DNA from: Candidatus Heimdallarchaeota archaeon
GTDB lineage: Archaea; Asgardarchaeota; Wukongarchaeia; Wukongarchaeales; JBHIFL01
Direction of reading: 5' to 3'
Length of the DNA: 11,491 nucleotides
Assembly (NCBI GenBank): GCA_046761065.1
Contig: JBHIFL010000112.1
Coordinates: 1-11,491, forward strand
Below, in pieces: positions 7,814-11,491 of this stretch. Numbering within the stretch: the stretch's first letter is position 1; every line of letters begins with the position of its first letter. The notes beneath the pieces were generated by a model, which made no database searches, was not told the DNA's origin, and was given only the letters and a program-made list of their open reading frames with translations. A program made the position numbers and the translations under genes.

Positions 7814-7855
7814 AAAGTCAGTTTTGACTTTCCTTTTCCTCTTTTTCTTTTTTCT
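7814..7855 (+). terminator. Transcription terminator (hairpin plus long pyrimidine/U tract)
   Basis: AAAGTCA-GTTT-TGACTTT stem-loop 3 nt after the stop codon, followed by CCTTTTCCTCTTTTTCTTTTTTCT. Confidence 0.75.
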
Positions 7856-8021
7856 AGCTATTAGAAGTATTTTTTAATGCTATTTTTCGCTTTGAGTCTA
7901 TCGATAGTGTTTACTTCTAAAAAAGAATCATAATCCGAGAGAAAATGGCTAATTCGTGTAGAACAAAAAGTTATTGTAATCATTAAACGGGATAAAAAAG
8001 GAAACATTGGATGGGATTGGT

Positions 8022-8507
8022 GTGCCCAAACTCGATACAATTAAAACAAAAGGTGTCTCGCCAAACGAATTTATTCGAACTATCAAGTTGGAAAAATATC
8101 GTAAGATGTTTAAAAGGGGAGTAGAAGGCTATAAGATTAAAGAAGAAGTGTTGGAACAAATATCCGAAATCACGAAGACTAAGAAGTTCGCAATTCGTGT
8201 ATTCGCCGCAGATTGGTGTAAAGACACACGTAAAGCCTTACCGGCTCTTTCCATTATTATGTCCCGGATTCCAGAGATTGACCTCAAGATTCTGGGAGGG
8301 ATCAAGAATGTCCCGTTTGATCCTAACATTAGATGGAAGGTTCCTCCTAGCCCTCCCGAAGTCGATACCTTTGACATTCGAGCAATCCCGACGATTATCA
8401 TTTTTGATAAAAATGGGGAAGAAGTAGGAAGAATGGTGGAGCACCCTGAAGCCACAGAAACAATAGAAGAAGAACTACTTTACCATTTACAGATGTTACA
8501 AGAGTGA
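8022..8507 (+). CDS. Thioredoxin-fold protein (Thioredoxin_9-like) with monothiol WCKDT site
   Basis: IRVFAADWCKDT active-site strand/helix, cis-Pro loop AIPTIIIFDKNGEEVGR and EHP. GTG 8022 after GGGA/TGGT is preferred; TTG 8007 is the alternative start. Confidence 0.85.
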   Translation: MPKLDTIKTKGVSPNEFIRTIKLEKYRKMFKRGVEGYKIKEEVLEQISEITKTKKFAIRVFAADWCKDTRKALPALSIIMSRIPEIDLKILGGIKNVPFDPNIRWKVPPSPPEVDTFDIRAIPTIIIFDKNGEEVGRMVEHPEATETIEEELLYHLQMLQE

Positions 8508-8922
8508 ATGAACTTTATTGGCAATAAAACACCCTAACAGTTTAGGTAATTCTGAAGAGCATTGCAGAAAGTAGGCTATTAAGACATTTTGGAAATAAAG
8601 AGGTCAGCCGTCTTACAAAATTTGGGACATAATTACTAAGGAATGAGGGATGTCCAAAGTTATTTACACTAAAATTGATATCTATATGGTCTAATCCTCA
8701 AAGAAAATCCCAGAATAGATTGGGAACGGCGATCCTAAAATTTGTCGATGGTGCGTGTGAACTTTGTCCTCAATTTCGTTAATTGCACTGAAGAGAATTT
8801 CCCAAGCAATTAATAAAATAGTTATTTTCTTACTTTTTTATAAAAACATAAAATTATCCCTTTTTTATCTTATAAGCAAGAAACGCCGTTTTATACGAAG
8901 TTTGAGCAATGAAAAATTAATG

Positions 8923-8930
8923 TTTTTATA
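8923..8930 (+). promoter_or_regulatory. Putative TATA box of the subtilase gene
   Basis: TTTTTATA preceded by GAAAAA, 40-65 nt upstream of the possible starts. Several other AT-rich candidates lie nearby. Confidence 0.3.
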
Positions 8931-8969
8931 GATAGTTATCCAATCGTCTAAATAGTCCATTAGCTAATT

Positions 8970-11441
8970 ATGGTAAATAGATTGGTGATCCGAGTGATAA
9001 TCTCAAATAAACTACATATATCTACAAACAGAATCTCTCACGTAGAAGGAACTTTAGTCCTGACTCTTCTCGCACTTTCGTTTCTTGTCATCGGGTTAGG
9101 TTATATGACAGAACGGGGGGAGATCCCAGCAGATCCTTTTGAAACTGCTCCATTTAAGCTTGGAGAGGAATTGAATTTCGCAATGCAGCTCCATAATCTC
9201 CCACAAATGGCTAGTGCTCTCTTTCCAGTGATGAATGTCCCCTTACATCTCTTCTCCGATCCACGAACAGAAGTTGTCGTAGAATTTACCCAGGAACTCG
9301 AATTAAATGAGATCAAGGAGTTAGAGAGGAAGGGAGTTGAGTTCCACCGCATGGGGGATACAATCAGCCATATAGCGGCCATCTACCCTGTAACCATACC
9401 GTGGCTCCTCATCCTGGCTCTCGCACAGCGAGAAGATGTCTTAATGATCGAATGGGGCTATAAAAAATACTATCCTGAACTAGAGCGAAGTATCCCTGCG
9501 ATCGGCGCAAACAAAGTCCATACCGAGAGTAACTTCGGTAAAGGTTTCAGTGGCAAAGGCATCATAATCGGAATGATTGATACCGGAGTTTATTGGCAGC
9601 ATCCCGCCTTCTGGAACCCCGATCCTGATCCTGCTTACGAATACCTTATAGTTGCCTCCAACGGGCAGCTTTTCGCTGATATCGATAAAAATGAGAGGTA
9701 TTCTTCCAACGACAAGCCCATTTATTTTTATGGGCCGACTGGCCAAATTGCTGACTTTCTTGAAATTGACAAATCTGGGTTTAATTTTGGTTACGACTAC
9801 CTCCTCCTCGGGGGCCCCACTGTAGATCCACCCTTACAAAAACCAAGCCTAACACAACCGTGGTCTGGCTCTTTTTGGGCAATCCCTAAAGATGAGAATG
9901 GTAACAAAGAGCTCGACGAAGGTGAGCATGTGATCGGACTGTTTCAATGCAAAATTCGCGCCTTCCTTAATGACAGCGTGGAAGAGGTGATTATGCGCCA
10001 ACCCGATGGATGGTTTTATGCGTCACCTCAATCATTTGGGGATTTTGTTGGACATGGAACTCATGTGGCAGCTATTGCCGTTGGGGGACAACTTGAATAC
10101 TCTGCCTTTACTGGAGTGGCCCCCGGGGCTGATCTTGTATTATCTAGTACAACATGGTACTTATCAGATATGATTCAAGAACTAGATTGGGTCACACAAC
10201 AAGGAGTTGATGTCATTAATCTCAGTCTCGGGTCTCTCTTTGACGGTCCATTGGATGGCACGTCACTTTTCGAGCGAATCATTGATCAGCTCTTTGAAGA
10301 GCAGGGGATACCAACAGCAATCGCTGGAGGTAATGATAATGAAAACTCCCTTCATATCCTAGGTATACTCCCAAGTGGGCAGACAAAACGCTACAGCTTT
10401 GTCACATTTGACCCGACAAGTGCAAAATTACGTGAATACTTCCCTGATTACCCATCCGGGTCTTATTTTATAATCAATGCGCTTTGGGAAGGTGAGGCGG
10501 ACCTAACTTTTCGGGTGATTACCCCAGCTAATCAAATCATCGCGTTGGGTAATTACTCAAACCCGAGTGAAGGGTTGAATCCGGTATTGAATGCCACATG
10601 GAAAGCGGTGAGTAACTATGGCAAAGAAAAACGAATGAGTCGTTTCTACGCTCCATTCATGGAAAATGTCTCTCTAGGTGCTCCAGAAATAGGTACAGGA
10701 TTCGCCTTGGAGGTTACTAATCCCTCTCCTGCAGAAGTGATTTTACATGTCTATCTTTCAGGAGATCGAGGCGCCTCGGGACCTTGGTTAGCACATTGGC
10801 AAGAATCAGAACCGGCATTAGATTCGCGATATCTGATTTCTTCTCCGGCAACAGCTGATAGGGCAATTGCTGTAACTAGTTACGTAACTACTGAGTGGGA
10901 TGAAGCTAGTGGAGGCCCAAACGGGTACAAGAGTAATCTTCGCGGAGAGATCTCTAAATTTGCAAGTAGGGGACCAAGGGTTGATGAAGCAGTGAACAAA
11001 CCTAATATAGCTGCACCCGGGGAGTTGATCCTCTCTGCAGCATCCCCAAATGCCTACTTAGATGTCAGTCCTGCTGATCTGTCAGGTATGTGGGGGACCT
11101 CTATGGCAACACCACACGTGTCGGGTAGTATTGCTTTGATCATGGAAGCTTTTCCCGAGGTGAAGAACCATCTCCCAATGCTCCTTGATGCCCTTTATCA
11201 GAATGTGAACACTGAAGGTGTTGAAGGGCCTTTTCCTAATTCTGAATGGGGTAGTGGGAAACTGGATACGTACAAAGCTACACTTAGTTTAATAGGAACC
11301 GTACAGACTTTTCCCCCCACTATATCCACGGAAACGCCACAAGAATCCCCGGGCATTTTTGTCTCTGGCTTTGAACTTGCGATGGCCTTTTCTGCATTGG
11401 TTGTTACTGCAATTCTATCAAAGAAAAGAAAAAGACGCTAG
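8970..11441 (+). CDS. S8 family serine protease (subtilase), secreted and C-terminally anchored
   Basis: Catalytic D204 (MIDTG), H362 (HGTHVA), oxyanion N455 (AGGN) and S711 (GTSMATPHV), plus FASRGP and KPNIAAPG. It has an N-terminal hydrophobic signal, a prodomain-sized segment, and a C-terminal PGIFVSGFEL + TM + KKRKRR tail. GTG 8994 after SD GGTGAT is a likely alternative start. Confidence 0.95.
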   Translation: MVNRLVIRVIISNKLHISTNRISHVEGTLVLTLLALSFLVIGLGYMTERGEIPADPFETAPFKLGEELNFAMQLHNLPQMASALFPVMNVPLHLFSDPRTEVVVEFTQELELNEIKELERKGVEFHRMGDTISHIAAIYPVTIPWLLILALAQREDVLMIEWGYKKYYPELERSIPAIGANKVHTESNFGKGFSGKGIIIGMIDTGVYWQHPAFWNPDPDPAYEYLIVASNGQLFADIDKNERYSSNDKPIYFYGPTGQIADFLEIDKSGFNFGYDYLLLGGPTVDPPLQKPSLTQPWSGSFWAIPKDENGNKELDEGEHVIGLFQCKIRAFLNDSVEEVIMRQPDGWFYASPQSFGDFVGHGTHVAAIAVGGQLEYSAFTGVAPGADLVLSSTTWYLSDMIQELDWVTQQGVDVINLSLGSLFDGPLDGTSLFERIIDQLFEEQGIPTAIAGGNDNENSLHILGILPSGQTKRYSFVTFDPTSAKLREYFPDYPSGSYFIINALWEGEADLTFRVITPANQIIALGNYSNPSEGLNPVLNATWKAVSNYGKEKRMSRFYAPFMENVSLGAPEIGTGFALEVTNPSPAEVILHVYLSGDRGASGPWLAHWQESEPALDSRYLISSPATADRAIAVTSYVTTEWDEASGGPNGYKSNLRGEISKFASRGPRVDEAVNKPNIAAPGELILSAASPNAYLDVSPADLSGMWGTSMATPHVSGSIALIMEAFPEVKNHLPMLLDALYQNVNTEGVEGPFPNSEWGSGKLDTYKATLSLIGTVQTFPPTISTETPQESPGIFVSGFELAMAFSALVVTAILSKKRKRR

Positions 11442-11491
11442 TACTCTGTTACCCGGAGTATGAGGGGTAAAGGCGCTTGAGGCGAATTCGC

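Noticed and set aside
8129-8455. Three ORFs overlapping the thioredoxin gene
   Set aside because: They are alternative or antisense frames; only the Trx frame has family motifs.
8505-8537. Selenocysteine read-through of the Trx TGA stop
   Set aside because: The TGA is far from the active site, the extension is only about 10 codons, and no SECIS-like element was seen.
8675-8838. Short open frames in the spacer (plus-strand 35 aa with CELC; minus-strand ~48 codons)
   Set aside because: The plus-strand frame has only a TTG start with no SD, the minus-strand frame has no start codon, and neither resembles a known family.
9101-9746. Minus-strand ORFs 9101-9382 and 9480-9746
   Set aside because: They are antisense to the subtilase.
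11438-11491. Hairpin TACTCTG-TTACC-CGGAGTA after the subtilase stop, or the 3' end of a convergent gene
   Set aside because: There is no U-tract after the hairpin. Two minus-strand frames stop here (11438 and 11449), so a convergent gene is possible, but 50 nt is too little to call.
1-11491. CRISPR array, tRNA/rRNA, IS or transposase, archaeosortase gene
   Set aside because: No regularly spaced repeats, cloverleaf signatures, transposase-like ORFs or multi-TM sortase-like ORF were seen.

Overview
Archaeal-looking genomic window: TATA/BRE promoters, GGTGA/GGAG Shine-Dalgarno (SD) sites, a GAN/Cdc45-type RecJ and PGF-CTERM-like sorting tails. An Asgard (Heimdall/Loki-like) origin is plausible but not provable from this window. 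The left half (minus strand) is a coupled SAM-methyltransferase -> HIT hydrolase -> RecJ/GAN-like DHH nuclease unit, followed by a separately promoted M20 (ArgE/DapE) peptidase and, at the window edge, a GC-rich start that may be the 5' end of a structured RNA (RNase P-like). The right half (plus strand) looks like a cell-envelope locus: an orphan MacB/FtsX-type ABC permease, a 539-aa acidic secreted protein built from two apparently homologous domains (S-layer candidate), a single-Cys thioredoxin-fold protein, and an 823-aa S8 subtilase with two large inserts. The most notable signal is that the surface protein and the subtilase, otherwise unrelated, share an extended C-terminal tail (PPT[VI]xTExP..PG..F[IV][PS]GF[DE]L + TM helix + basic cluster), pointing to a lineage-specific archaeosortase-type signal. 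The surface-protein gene also has a palindromic upstream site, a 5' UTR with alternative SD-sequestering hairpins, and a strong terminator. No CRISPR array, tRNA, rRNA or transposase was seen.
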